Shown piece by piece: positions 8,586 to 17,568 of a stretch of 64,000 nucleotides of DNA. Each line of letters opens with the position of its first letter. The stretch's first letter is position 1. The DNA comes from Myxococcota bacterium (lineage in GTDB: Bacteria; Myxococcota_A; UBA9160; UBA6930). The translations under genes were made by a program, and so were the position numbers. The stretch spans positions 1,248,001-1,312,000 of the forward strand of contig OZ245002.1 of the NCBI GenBank assembly GCA_965223415.1. The letters run 5' to 3'. Under the pieces are notes generated by a model. That model made no database searches and had not been told where the DNA came from. It saw nothing but the letters and a program-made list of their open reading frames with translations.

Positions 8586-8789
8586 GTTACGGACGGGCGA
8601 GCATCTGACCGGGGGTCTAGGGCCCGGACGAACCGAACCTGGGCCTTGGTCTTGGACAGCGAGCCTCTCCCGAGAGGCGCCGCCCAGTGCCGTCCACAGA
8701 CCTGGTGCCGTCGAAACGACCCTCCTGCGCCGCGCTATGCCGCGCTCTGCCACCCGTTAGGAGCTATCCCCGCGCTTCTTCTTGCGTCG

Positions 8790-8842
8790 GCCCCAGGCTT
8801 CGAACCTGGGGGTCGGGGGTTCGAATCCCTCCCGGCGTGCCA
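8790..8842 (+). repeat. 3'-half tRNA-Arg(TCG) fragment, att-like site
   Basis: Anticodon arm CCAGG-CTTCGAA-CCTGG, variable loop GGGTC, T arm GGGGG-TTCGAAT-CCCTC, acceptor 3' strand CCGGCGT-G-CCA; no D arm or 5' acceptor strand upstream. Confidence 0.85.
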
Positions 8843-8848
8843 TAGATT

Positions 8849-10152
8849 CCGCGGTCCATTCCGGGCACATGGTTTACAGATCATTCCGGGGACATGGTTG
8901 ACACTTTCTGGGGCCCGAAGGGGTTCGGGGCGGGCTCGATCCGGCCCTCGTCCTGGTCGAAGAAGCCCAGATCGAAGTCCAGGAAGCTGACGAGCCAGAC
9001 CTGGTCGTCGACCTCGCGGAGGCCCACGGTCTGGCCCGCGAAGACGGTGCTGAGATTGATCTTGCGGCGTCCGAGGCAGATCCGACCGCACTGGGTGACC
9101 CGGACGGATCGGTCGTGGAACGGGTACTCGGGCTCCCCGGGCGGCTCGTAGGCGCGCGGCGAAGGTGTATAGACGTCGCCGGGGTACGCCCCGTCCAGGG
9201 CCTGGTGCGGTCGCTCGTGATTGTAAACGCCTGTGAACCGGTCGAAGCGCTCCTGCTGCTGCAGGAAGTTGAACGACGCGGGCTTGGTGGCTTCTTTCTT
9301 GAGCGTGAGATGCATGCGTTCGTGCCGTCCGTTCTGCTGGGGGCAGCCCGGCTTGATGCGCTGGATCTGGATGCCGAGCTTGAGCCACCAGATCGAGAGC
9401 TTCGAGAGACCGAAGAGTGCGTTGGGCGACGCGAAGGGAACCCCGTTGTCGGTGCGGATCGCCGTCGGCAGCCCGAAGTCCTTGAAGGTCCTCTCGAAGA
9501 CGGAGAAGGCGAAGTCCGACCGCGTCGACGAGAGACCCTCGCAGGCGAGTAGGTAGCGCGTTCGGTAGTCGGTGATCGTCAGCGGGTAGCAGTACTGCTT
9601 GCTGCCGAGCATGAACTCGCCCTTGAAGTCTGCGCACCACAGGCCGTTCGGAGCGTGGGCCGCCTTGAGCTCCGTGCCCTTGGCCTTGTGGCGTCTCCGC
9701 TTCCGCCGCTTGACCAGTCCGTTGCGATCCAGCACGGCATGCACCGTGCTCACCGCGGGCGGTTTGATCATCGGGAAGTCGCGGATCAGCTTGTCGCGGA
9801 TCTTCGGAGCCCCCCAGGAGGGGTACTCCTTCTTGATCCCCAGGATCGCGCGTTCGACCTGGTACGGCAGCTGGTTGGCGTGGCGATAGGGCCGGCGGGA
9901 GCGGTCGTTCAGGCCCTCGAGGCCGCAGGTCTTGTAGCGCTCGTAGATCTTGTACCCGGTGACCCGGGAGATCCCGAACTCGCGGCAGAGCGGCGCCATC
10001 TTCTCGCCATCGAGGAGCCGGGCCACGAATCGGAGTCGTTCGCCCACCTTGCAACACTCCTTCCACGGCACCTTTGCTCCCCTCGCAGAGCGCCAGAAGT
10101 GTTACCTATGTGCCCGGAATCAAGTGTCACCCCTCTCTCGGGAGGCTCGCGG
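8849..10152 (-). mobile_element. IS481-family insertion sequence
   Basis: Imperfect terminal inverted repeats built from ATTCCGGG(C/G)ACAT.G.T.ACA units (8858-8904 versus 10099-10140) flanking the transposase; exact ends uncertain. Confidence 0.85.
8881..10071 (-). CDS. IS481-family DDE transposase
   Basis: MPWKE N-terminus, HTH CREFGISRVTGYK, WCADFKG, TDNGVPF, QNGRHERMH, YNHERPHQAL. Confidence 0.95.
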   Translation of the reverse strand: MPWKECCKVGERLRFVARLLDGEKMAPLCREFGISRVTGYKIYERYKTCGLEGLNDRSRRPYRHANQLPYQVERAILGIKKEYPSWGAPKIRDKLIRDFPMIKPPAVSTVHAVLDRNGLVKRRKRRRHKAKGTELKAAHAPNGLWCADFKGEFMLGSKQYCYPLTITDYRTRYLLACEGLSSTRSDFAFSVFERTFKDFGLPTAIRTDNGVPFASPNALFGLSKLSIWWLKLGIQIQRIKPGCPQQNGRHERMHLTLKKEATKPASFNFLQQQERFDRFTGVYNHERPHQALDGAYPGDVYTPSPRAYEPPGEPEYPFHDRSVRVTQCGRICLGRRKINLSTVFAGQTVGLREVDDQVWLVSFLDFDLGFFDQDEGRIEPAPNPFGPQKVSTMSPE

Positions 10153-10333
10153 CACTCCGGCGACCCTGTCTTGGGAAGCACATCGGCGTTTGGCGGCCTG
10201 GAGTCCTACCGGGAAGATCCGCACCAGGCTATGGGTTCGTCGGTGGTAGTCGCGCTCACTCTCGACGTCATGCTCGAGGCCGAGCGCCGGATCGATGCCG
10301 CCGCCTGACGAGGACCAACGTCGGGGTCTACCT

Positions 10334-11185
10334 TCACCCCTTCGGTACCAGCAGCGGCTCCGCGTTGTCCAGGAACTCCTGACGCGGCGGGCCTCCCATC
10401 ATCCCGATGATCATCTCGGCGTCGGCTCCGACGGGGTTGTGGACTGGAGTCTCGGTGGTGGCGCACTCGTAGATCTTGTCCGCGACCTCCTGCGGGTCGG
10501 CGGTGTCGCCGCCCTGCTGGCTGACGGAGGCCAGGAAGTGCTCACGCAGTCTCTTCGCGTGGTCGACGAGCTCCGGGGGGCCGGCAGCCGCGTCGTTGGA
10601 ATGCGCGTTCGCGTTTAGGTCCGTGCTGACGTAGGCGCCCGGCGCGACGGTCTTCGCCCGAAGGCCGAACCCCTTCAACTCGAAGGCCAACGCTTCGGTC
10701 ATCCCTTCTACCGCGTACTTGGTCCCGCAGTAGCTGGTCTCTAGGGGTAGACCCATCAGCCCGGCCATCGAAGTGATGTTGATGATGCACCCGTCCTTTC
10801 GCTTCCGCATGTGCGGAAGGACGGCGCGGCATACGTTCATGACGCCGAAGACGTTGGTCTCGTACATCTCTCGGGTCAGCTTGTCGGTCGACTGCTCGAG
10901 CAGCGCGTACCCACTGTGCGCGGCGTTGTTGACGACGACGTCGATGGCACCGAAACGCTCGAGACCTTCCTCAACGGCCTGCCGGATGCTCGCCTGGTCG
11001 GTCACGTCGAGTCGGGTGACGAGCACGCCGTCGAGCTGCGTGAGCTCGGTCTCGCGCTCTGGCGTTCGCATCGTGGCGATCACGTTCCAGCCCTTGGCTT
11101 GGAACGTCCGAGCGGTGAGCGCTCCGATTCCGCTCGAGCAACCGGTAATCAGTACCGTTTTATTGTCCATCGTGTGTTCTCCCAT
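10334..11185 (-). CDS. SDR-family oxidoreductase
   Basis: TGCSSGIG, VVVNNA, YCGTK (YxxxK); start may be at 11170. Confidence 0.92.
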   Translation of the reverse strand: MGEHTMDNKTVLITGCSSGIGALTARTFQAKGWNVIATMRTPERETELTQLDGVLVTRLDVTDQASIRQAVEEGLERFGAIDVVVNNAAHSGYALLEQSTDKLTREMYETNVFGVMNVCRAVLPHMRKRKDGCIINITSMAGLMGLPLETSYCGTKYAVEGMTEALAFELKGFGLRAKTVAPGAYVSTDLNANAHSNDAAAGPPELVDHAKRLREHFLASVSQQGGDTADPQEVADKIYECATTETPVHNPVGADAEMIIGMMGGPPRQEFLDNAEPLLVPKG

Positions 11186-11241
11186 GGTGTTCGAAGTCGG
11201 GCCCGCATACGGCCCCCCAAGCGCGCTCCATGCCCGCCCCT

Positions 11242-11514
11242 TCAGTCGAGGTCGATCACCACCAGCGTTCCCGTCCAGGAGGGCGCGGTGGGGCGCAGTC
11301 TCTCGAAGACGGAGGTGCGCAGCTCCGGATCGTCCTCCACGGCCCGCATGTGGCCCTCGAGGGTCTCCCCGCGAACCAGAACTCGGCCGCGTCCGCCGTC
11401 ACCGCGCAGTTCCCGCCACCACGGGAAGTCTGCCGCGGCGTACACGGTTCCACCGTCTCGTAGGTAGTTCACCGGGATCTCCTTGCCCGACGGCAAGGTC
11501 AGGGGCATCACCTT
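11242..11514 (-). pseudogene. 3' part of an IS21-interrupted lipoprotein of the DDN/nitroreductase-like split-barrel family
   Basis: LTLPSGKEIPVNYLRDGGTVYAAADFPWWREL; joins in frame with 14176-14363 after removing the IS and one ACCTT copy. Confidence 0.8.
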
Positions 11515-11678
11515 TGTCATTTCTCACGGGCATGACTCACCTTTTCTCACGGGCATGACCCAGGCCTGACCGCGGTTTTCTCACGAGCATGACCCACCCC
11601 AGATGGGGGGGGCTCAGGAGGAGGCCGGTCCCGTGGCCGACCCAGGCCATTCTGCGGCGCCAGAGGAGGCGCAGGCAG

Positions 11679-13391
11679 ATGGCGTATCGCGAGGTCGGCA
11701 TGTGGGAGATTCTGGAGGTGCTCCGCCGGGCGCACCGAGGCGAGAGCCAGGTGGCGATGGCGCGGGCCACGGGGCACACGCGCAAGACGATCCGGCGCTA
11801 CGTGCAAGTCGCCGGGGAGCTGGGCTGGGTCGCCAGGGGGCCGAGGGAGCCGGATGAGGCCCTGGCCCAAGGGGTGGCGGCTCGGGTGCGGCCTGTGCCC
11901 ACGCAGCGCGACGCGGGAGAGAGCGAGGCGCAGCTGGCGCCGCATGCCGACCGGATCCGAGCGTGGCTCCAGCCCGAGGCGGGTGGCCGAGGACTGCGGC
12001 TGACGAAGGTCTACGACCTGCTCGGGCGCGAGGGCGTGCGCGTCCCCTACAGCTCGCTCCACCGCTTCGCGGTCCGCCACTGCGGGTTCCAAGACCGGCG
12101 CCGGGTGACGGTGCGCATGGCGGCGGTGGCCCCCGGCGAGCTCGCCGAGGTCGACTTCGGCCGCCTCGGCATGGTCTGGGATCCGGAGACCGGGCGCCGC
12201 CGCACCGTTCATGCCCTGATCGTCACCCTCGTCCATAGCCGCCACCAGTACGTCCACGTGACCTACGGCCAGAAGCTCCCCGATCTGCTCGAGGGGCTCG
12301 AGGACGCCTGGGCGTTCTTCGGCGGGGTCCCGGTGCGCGTGGTGCTGGACAATCTGAAGGCGGCCGTCACGAAGGCCGACCGCTACGAGCCGATCTTCCA
12401 GCGCACCTTCGCCGAGTACGCCCACTACCGCGGCTTCGTCATCGATGCCGCCGTGCCTCGGCATCCCAAGGGCAAGCCCCACGTCGAGCGCCAGGTGCAG
12501 TACGTGCGCGAGCGCTTCTTCCGTGGCGAGCAGTGGCTGGGACGCGACCACGTGCAGCGCGAGGCCGCGCGCTGGTGCCTGGAGGTCGCCGGCCAGCGCA
12601 CTCACGGGACGACGCGCAAGAGGCCCCTGGCCGTCTTCGAGAACACGGAGAAGCCGGCTCTGCAGCCCCTCGTGCGCCCGCGCTTCGATCCGCCCACCTG
12701 GGCCGAGGCGAAGGTCCACCCCGACCACCACGTCCAGTTCCAAAAGGCCTTCTACACCGTGCCCACCCGCCACGTGGGCAAGCGCGTCTGGGTTCGCGGC
12801 GACTCGAAGCTCATCCGCATGTACGTCGACGGCGAGTGCATCAAGACCCACGAGCGCGTGGACCCTGGCTGCCGCTCCACCGACTACCACGACTATCCGC
12901 CCGAGCGTGCCCCCTACGCCATGCGGGACCCGGAAGCGGCGATCCGCCAGGCGCGCGACCAGGGGCCTCACATTGGGCGCTTCGCCGAGAAGCTCCTGGC
13001 CGGCCCCTTCCCCTGGTCCAAGCTCCGCCAGGCCCAGAAGCTGCTTCGCCTCGGCCACAAGTACGGCCTGCCGCGCGTCGACGCCGGCTGCCGCAGGGCC
13101 CTCGCCTTCGACCTCATCAACACGAAGCGCCTCGAACGCATCGTGGCCGAAGGCATCCAGCCGCTCGGCGACCCCAGCACCCCCGGACAGCTCCTGCTCC
13201 TGCCGCCCCGTTTCCTGCGCCCGCAAGGGCACTTCACCCACCCCAACGACAACCCCGACAAGGAGACCACCCCCCATGACGACCGAGATCAACCCGTCCC
13301 TCAAGACCCTGCTCAAACGCCTGAAGCTCTCGGGCATGCTGGCCACGCTCCCCGATCGCGTGGCCTACACCCGGAAGACGAAGCTCCCTGA
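11679..13391 (+). CDS. istA: IS21 transposase IstA
   Basis: MAYREV start with GGAGG RBS; HTH RKTIRRY; EVDFG, LDNLK, KGKPHVERQV, RTHGTT. Confidence 0.93.
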   Translation: MAYREVGMWEILEVLRRAHRGESQVAMARATGHTRKTIRRYVQVAGELGWVARGPREPDEALAQGVAARVRPVPTQRDAGESEAQLAPHADRIRAWLQPEAGGRGLRLTKVYDLLGREGVRVPYSSLHRFAVRHCGFQDRRRVTVRMAAVAPGELAEVDFGRLGMVWDPETGRRRTVHALIVTLVHSRHQYVHVTYGQKLPDLLEGLEDAWAFFGGVPVRVVLDNLKAAVTKADRYEPIFQRTFAEYAHYRGFVIDAAVPRHPKGKPHVERQVQYVRERFFRGEQWLGRDHVQREAARWCLEVAGQRTHGTTRKRPLAVFENTEKPALQPLVRPRFDPPTWAEAKVHPDHHVQFQKAFYTVPTRHVGKRVWVRGDSKLIRMYVDGECIKTHERVDPGCRSTDYHDYPPERAPYAMRDPEAAIRQARDQGPHIGRFAEKLLAGPFPWSKLRQAQKLLRLGHKYGLPRVDAGCRRALAFDLINTKRLERIVAEGIQPLGDPSTPGQLLLLPPRFLRPQGHFTHPNDNPDKETTPHDDRDQPVPQDPAQTPEALGHAGHAPRSRGLHPEDEAP

Positions 13392-14082
13392 GCTCGACCT
13401 CCTGGAGCTCGTCCTTCAGGACGAAGTCGATCGCCGCGACCACAAGAACCTCGAGACGCGCCTTTCCCGCGCCGGCTTCGAGGAAGAGCAGACCCTCGAG
13501 GCCTTCGACTGGGATGCCCCCGTCACCTTCGATCGCGATCGCGTGAAGGACCTCTTCTCCCTCGGCTTCCTCGAGCGCCACGAGGACGTCATCCTGCTCG
13601 GCCCCGTGGGCGTGGGCAAGACCTTCCTGGCCTCCGCCCTGGGACACGCCGCCTGCCGGGCCGGGCACCACGTCCTCTTCCTCCGCGTCGACCGCATGTT
13701 CCACTGGCTCCACCAGTCGCGAGCCGACCTCTCGACCGAGAAGGTCTTCCGACGCCTCCTCGCCCCGGACCTCCTCGTCCTCGACGACTTCGGCCTCCGG
13801 CGCCTCTCCGCCGAGCAGTCGAGCGATCTCTACGAGGTCGTCCTCGAACGCCACCGCCGCGCTTCGACGATCGTCACCAGCAACCGCGCCATCGAGGAAT
13901 GGATCCCCCTCTTCGACGACCCCATCCTGGCCCAGAGCGCCCTCGACCGCCTCGCCCACAACGCCTACCAGCTCGTCATCGAGGGCGAGAGCTACCGCAA
14001 GCAACAGCGCCCCGGCGAAATGCCGACCCACACCCCCGCCAATCCCCAGCGCCGAAGCCGCCGCCGAACCCGCGTCCGCTGA
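13276..14082 (+). CDS. istB: IS21 helper AAA+ ATPase IstB
   Basis: AGGAG RBS; GPVGVGKT, LLVLDDFG, TSNR, LDRLAHNA, GESYR. Confidence 0.95.
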   Translation: MTTEINPSLKTLLKRLKLSGMLATLPDRVAYTRKTKLPELDLLELVLQDEVDRRDHKNLETRLSRAGFEEEQTLEAFDWDAPVTFDRDRVKDLFSLGFLERHEDVILLGPVGVGKTFLASALGHAACRAGHHVLFLRVDRMFHWLHQSRADLSTEKVFRRLLAPDLLVLDDFGLRRLSAEQSSDLYEVVLERHRRASTIVTSNRAIEEWIPLFDDPILAQSALDRLAHNAYQLVIEGESYRKQQRPGEMPTHTPANPQRRSRRRTRVR

Positions 14083-14175
14083 CGCCAAACAAGGAGCGTG
14101 CTACCTCATCCACCGGCCCGGGACCCATGGGTCAACCCCGTGAGAATACCTGGGTCATGCCCGCGGGAATCGACA

Positions 14176-14363
14176 ACCTTCCGGGCGCGCTCTCCGTCCG
14201 GGTCTTCGCGTAGCTCGCGGACCACGCCCGCGTTCCCGCACGCCGAGAGGAAGGAGGCGGCGCCGAGGAGAAGTCCCAGCGCGCTGGCGGCGAGCCACTT
14301 GTTGGTGCTTCTTGCCCGTTCCGTTCCGGCCGTCGGGTCGATGCCTGCCGAGTGACTCTTCAT
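14176..14363 (-). pseudogene. 5' part (signal peptide and lipobox) of the IS21-interrupted lipoprotein
   Basis: AGGAGG RBS, MKSHS...WLAASALGLLLGAASFLSAC; the restored junction reads GERARKVMPLT. Confidence 0.8.
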
Positions 14364-14437
14364 GGGCTTGTCCTCCTGTCCGTGAGTCCCATCCCCGCTC
14401 CGCTTCTCCGCAGCAGATGGACCCTCCGAGGGTAAAA

Positions 14438-14476
14438 TAGGTGACCGATGGTTTTCCATTAGATGACCGGTGGTCT
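14438..14476. promoter_or_regulatory. Two putative TetR operator sites in a divergent promoter region
   Basis: Tandem TAG(G/A)TGACCG(A/G)TGGT copies, each centred on GACC-N3-GGT(T/C); minus-strand TTGACA at 14479-14484. Confidence 0.55.
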
Positions 14477-14505
14477 CTTGTCAATCCCCCGTCTAACCTT
14501 CCTGC

Positions 14506-15210
14506 ATGACGAGTCCCAATGACGAAATCGAGGCCGTTCCGCACAGCCCGGACTGGCAGCGGGCCCGCCGCCCGGAACAGAAGAAGCAGCGGCGCGACGC
14601 CATCACGACTGCGGCCCGCTCGCTACTCGATGAGGCCGGCGTCGACGGAACGACGCTGTCGGAGATCGCCCGCCGAGCCGGGCTCTCCAAAGCCAACTGC
14701 TACCGATACTTCGAGACGCGGGAAGCAATCCTGTTGGAGCTCGCCATCGACGAGGCGCGCGTGTGGAGCGTGGCCCTTCGGGCAAGCCTCGCGCCGCTCT
14801 CGGGCTCGGGCGACGTAGTGGCCGTTGCGAACGCGCTCGCTCACACGACGGCGGATCATCCAAGGCTGTGCTCTCTGCTCAGCGCTCTGTCCTCGGTGCT
14901 CGAGCACAATGTCAGCGTGGGCGCCGTCGCCGACTTCAAGCGGACTTTCAACGGTCTGATCTTCGGAACGACGGACGCATTCCATTCCACCTTGCCGATG
15001 CTGGCCGTCGAACAGCTCGAGACGTTCCTGCGCCTGACGGGCCCGTTCATCGCGGGCATCTGGCCCAACGCAAACCCGCCTCCGGCCGTGGCGGAGGTCC
15101 TGGCGCGAGAGGAGTTCGCATCATGGAGCGTCCAGTTCGAGCCTACACTCGCAGCCCACACCCGCCTATTGCTGACCGGGCTCCTCGCCGAAGCGCGGAA
15201 CGTACGCTGA
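14506..15210 (+). CDS. TetR/AcrR-family transcriptional regulator
   Basis: QRARRPEQK N-terminus; HTH TLSEIARRAGLSKANCYRYFETREAI. Confidence 0.93.
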   Translation: MTSPNDEIEAVPHSPDWQRARRPEQKKQRRDAITTAARSLLDEAGVDGTTLSEIARRAGLSKANCYRYFETREAILLELAIDEARVWSVALRASLAPLSGSGDVVAVANALAHTTADHPRLCSLLSALSSVLEHNVSVGAVADFKRTFNGLIFGTTDAFHSTLPMLAVEQLETFLRLTGPFIAGIWPNANPPPAVAEVLAREEFASWSVQFEPTLAAHTRLLLTGLLAEARNVR

Positions 15211-15582
15211 TCCTCTCGCCGTTCCTGGCTGATCGCTGGTGACTGCGCGGTACGCGCGGAGTTGCCACGAGCTTCCGCTCGAACCTCGCGGAGAACGACC
15301 AAGGACAGCTCTCGAGGCGCACACATCCGCTCGGAGCTGTTGGCCCGGTCCTTCCGATGCAGCCGCATTGCGGCGGGTCGCCGCGCGACGCACGACGCAC
15401 GACGCACGAGCTGGTCACACGCATCGGCTGCCGCGTTGGATGCGAATATGTCCGAGCTTTCGGCAAAAGCGCAGCTCGAACCGCCGATACCTGACGAGTC
15501 GACCGCGGCACCGAGCGCGGCTGGTCGAGGCGACCCCCTTGGCAGTGCCACACGCATCGGGTGGACATGCAAGACTGTAGGC

Positions 15583-17298
15583 ATGCATGAAGGTCAGCTC
15601 TTCATCTTCCTGCTCCAAGTGCTCCTGCTGCTAGGGATCGCTCGGGGCGCCGGCGAGATCCTGACCCGCTGGTCCCAGCCTGCGCTCGTCGGCGAGATTT
15701 TGGTCGGCGTCCTCCTCGGACCGACGATCCTCGGACGGGCGGCGCCCGAGCTGCAGGCCGCCATCTTCCCCGTCGATCCCGTCCAGCACGCGATGCTCGA
15801 GGCGCTCTCGTGGTTCGGCGTGCTGTTCCTGCTGCTCGAGACAGGACTCGAGATCGACGTGAGCGCGGCTTGGCGACAGCGGGGTCCCGCCTTGCGCATC
15901 GGCATCATCGGCGTGCTGGTGCCACTGGCCGTCGGCTTCGTGCTCACGCTCGCACTCCCGGCGAGCTACTTCCCCGACCCAGACCACCCGTACCCGTTCG
16001 CGCTCTTCCTTGGCACGACGATGGCGATCAGCGCGATGGTCATCATCGCGCGCGTCCTCCACGACCTCGACCTGGTGAAGAGCGACCTCGGACTCGTGAC
16101 GCTGTGCGGCTACGCCGTCAACGACCTGCTCGCGTGGCTGATCTTCAGCATGGTGCTCGCCTATGCGACGAGCCAGACAACGGACCTCTGGGGAGTGGTC
16201 GGTCTGCTCGCGCTTACCGTCGCGTTCGTCGCACTGTGCCTCACGATCGGCTTGCGTCTCGTAGAAGGCGCGATCACATCGCTCGCCCGCCGCTACCCGA
16301 ACCAGCCGGGCTTCGTGTTGAGCGCGGTCTGCTGTTTCGGTCTCCTGATCGGGACGATCACGGAGTGGATGGGTGTCACGGCGCTGCTCGGGTTCTTCCT
16401 CGCCGGCATCATGGCCGGGCAGACGCGCGCGCTCTCCGAGCGGACCCGCCAGATCATCTCGCAGATGGTCCACTCGATCTTCGTGCCGCTCTACTTCGCG
16501 AGCATCGGGCTCGGCCTCGACTTCTTGATGAACTTCGATGCGCTCATCGTCGCCTTCGTCACCATCGTGTCGATCGTCGCGAAGTTCGCGGGCGCGTGGC
16601 TTGGCGCGATCGGCTCGAACCTGTCGAGCGAGGACCGCATCTCCGTAGGCATCGCGTTCACGCCGAGCGGGGTTACTGGCATCGTCGTGGCCGGCGTCGC
16701 GCTCGACGCCGGCATCCTGACCGCGACGGTCTTTGTCGCGATCGTTGTCTCGACGATCGTCTCGTGCCTGCTCGTCGCGCCGTGGCTCGAGTGGTCGATT
16801 CGCCGACGCAAGGCCGTGAGCATCCTCGACTTTCTCCATCGACGCGCGGTCGTCCCGGACCTCCGAGGTGCGACACGCTGGGACGCGATCGACGAGCTCT
16901 GCGCGTCGGTCTCCGAGTTGGCGGGGATGCCGCCGCGCGAGCAGATCGTCGAAGCCGTTCGTGCGCGCGAGGAGGCCGCGGGGACGGCAGTCGGCCATGG
17001 CATCGCGATCCCCCACGCACGGATGACGAGCCTGCGCAGCCCCACGTTGGCCCTCGGCCGCTCGGAGGGCGGGGTCGAATGGGACGCCCCCGATGGAGAA
17101 CCGGTGCGACTCGCGTTCCTGCTTCTCACGCCCGAGAGCGGGCACGGCCTGCAGCTGCAGATCCTCGCCGCGATCGCGGCCGCGATGGTCGACGAGCAGG
17201 CGCGCGCGAGCATCGCGACCGCGCCCGACGCCGCCGCGATCCTCCTCGCGTTTCGGGAGGCGCTTCGACGGCAGGACCTCGCGCAGGTCGCGACGTGA
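15583..17298 (+). CDS. CPA2 cation:proton antiporter fused to a PTS EIIA (type 2) domain
   Basis: QPALVGEILVGVLLGP, GLEID, VNDLLAW, about 12 hydrophobic helices; C-terminal REEAAGTAVGHGIAIPHAR and WDAPDGEPV. Confidence 0.9.
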   Translation: MHEGQLFIFLLQVLLLLGIARGAGEILTRWSQPALVGEILVGVLLGPTILGRAAPELQAAIFPVDPVQHAMLEALSWFGVLFLLLETGLEIDVSAAWRQRGPALRIGIIGVLVPLAVGFVLTLALPASYFPDPDHPYPFALFLGTTMAISAMVIIARVLHDLDLVKSDLGLVTLCGYAVNDLLAWLIFSMVLAYATSQTTDLWGVVGLLALTVAFVALCLTIGLRLVEGAITSLARRYPNQPGFVLSAVCCFGLLIGTITEWMGVTALLGFFLAGIMAGQTRALSERTRQIISQMVHSIFVPLYFASIGLGLDFLMNFDALIVAFVTIVSIVAKFAGAWLGAIGSNLSSEDRISVGIAFTPSGVTGIVVAGVALDAGILTATVFVAIVVSTIVSCLLVAPWLEWSIRRRKAVSILDFLHRRAVVPDLRGATRWDAIDELCASVSELAGMPPREQIVEAVRAREEAAGTAVGHGIAIPHARMTSLRSPTLALGRSEGGVEWDAPDGEPVRLAFLLLTPESGHGLQLQILAAIAAAMVDEQARASIATAPDAAAILLAFREALRRQDLAQVAT

Positions 17299-17313
17299 AG
17301 GCGATCGGCCGGA

Positions 17314-17333
17314 CCAGGCTTCGAACCTGGGGG
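17314..17333 (+). repeat. 20-bp direct repeat of the tRNA-Arg anticodon arm (second att-like site)
   Basis: CCAGGCTTCGAACCTGGGGG, identical to 8793-8812. Confidence 0.85.
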
Positions 17334-17364
17334 GCCTATATCGCGAGTACATAGATAGGAACCG

Positions 17365-17548
17365 ATGAGCGAAATCCCGGAACGGATTGACTCAGGCCGA
17401 TTTCGCTCGGGCCATCGAGATCAGCGTCCACACGCTGCGCAACTGGGAGCAGGGACGGCGGCGGCCCGAGGGGCCCGTGATTGCTCTGCTGCGAATCGCT
17501 GCGCGGCATCCCAGGATCATCCGCGAGAACCTGAAATCGGCAGCCTGA
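17365..17548 (+). pseudogene. HigA/YiaG-like XRE antitoxin remnant
   Basis: 17384-17548 reads GLTQADFARAIEISVHTLRNWEQGRRRPEGPVIALLRIAARHP; the ATG at 17365 is in a different frame. Confidence 0.75.
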
Positions 17549-17568
17549 CTCGCCCATGAGCTGCGGAT

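Larger units (their letters stand above)
1..8842. mobile_element. Right-hand part of an integrated mobilizable/conjugative-type element
   Basis: RHH + relaxase-like + coupling protein operon ending at a tRNA 3' duplication; left end and integrase are not in the window. Confidence 0.7.
11515..14175 (+). mobile_element. IS21-family insertion sequence, complete
   Basis: Ends TGTCATTTCTCACGGGCATGAC and GTCATGCCCGCGGGAATCGACA; internal TTCTCACG(G/A)GCATGAC repeats at 11521, 11544 and 11578; 5-bp target duplication ACCTT at 11510-11514 and 14176-14180. Confidence 0.95.

Noticed and set aside
8770..8842. Complete tRNA gene
   Set aside because: No 5' acceptor strand or D arm upstream of the anticodon stem; treated as an att-like fragment
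8858..8904. Iteron-like repeats
   Set aside because: Explained as IS481 terminal repeats, with inverted counterparts at 10099-10140
11515..11593. Three short direct repeats that look like a mini CRISPR array
   Set aside because: Spacers are too short and irregular; these are IS21 terminal transposase-binding repeats mirrored at the other IS end; no cas genes
13270..13391. Programmed istA/istB frameshift at the C6 run
   Set aside because: istB has its own RBS and ATG; the 116-nt overlap could be natural or a one-base homopolymer error, and no further slippage signal is visible
15387..15407. (GACGCAC)x3 tandem repeat
   Set aside because: Short and intergenic, no evidence of function
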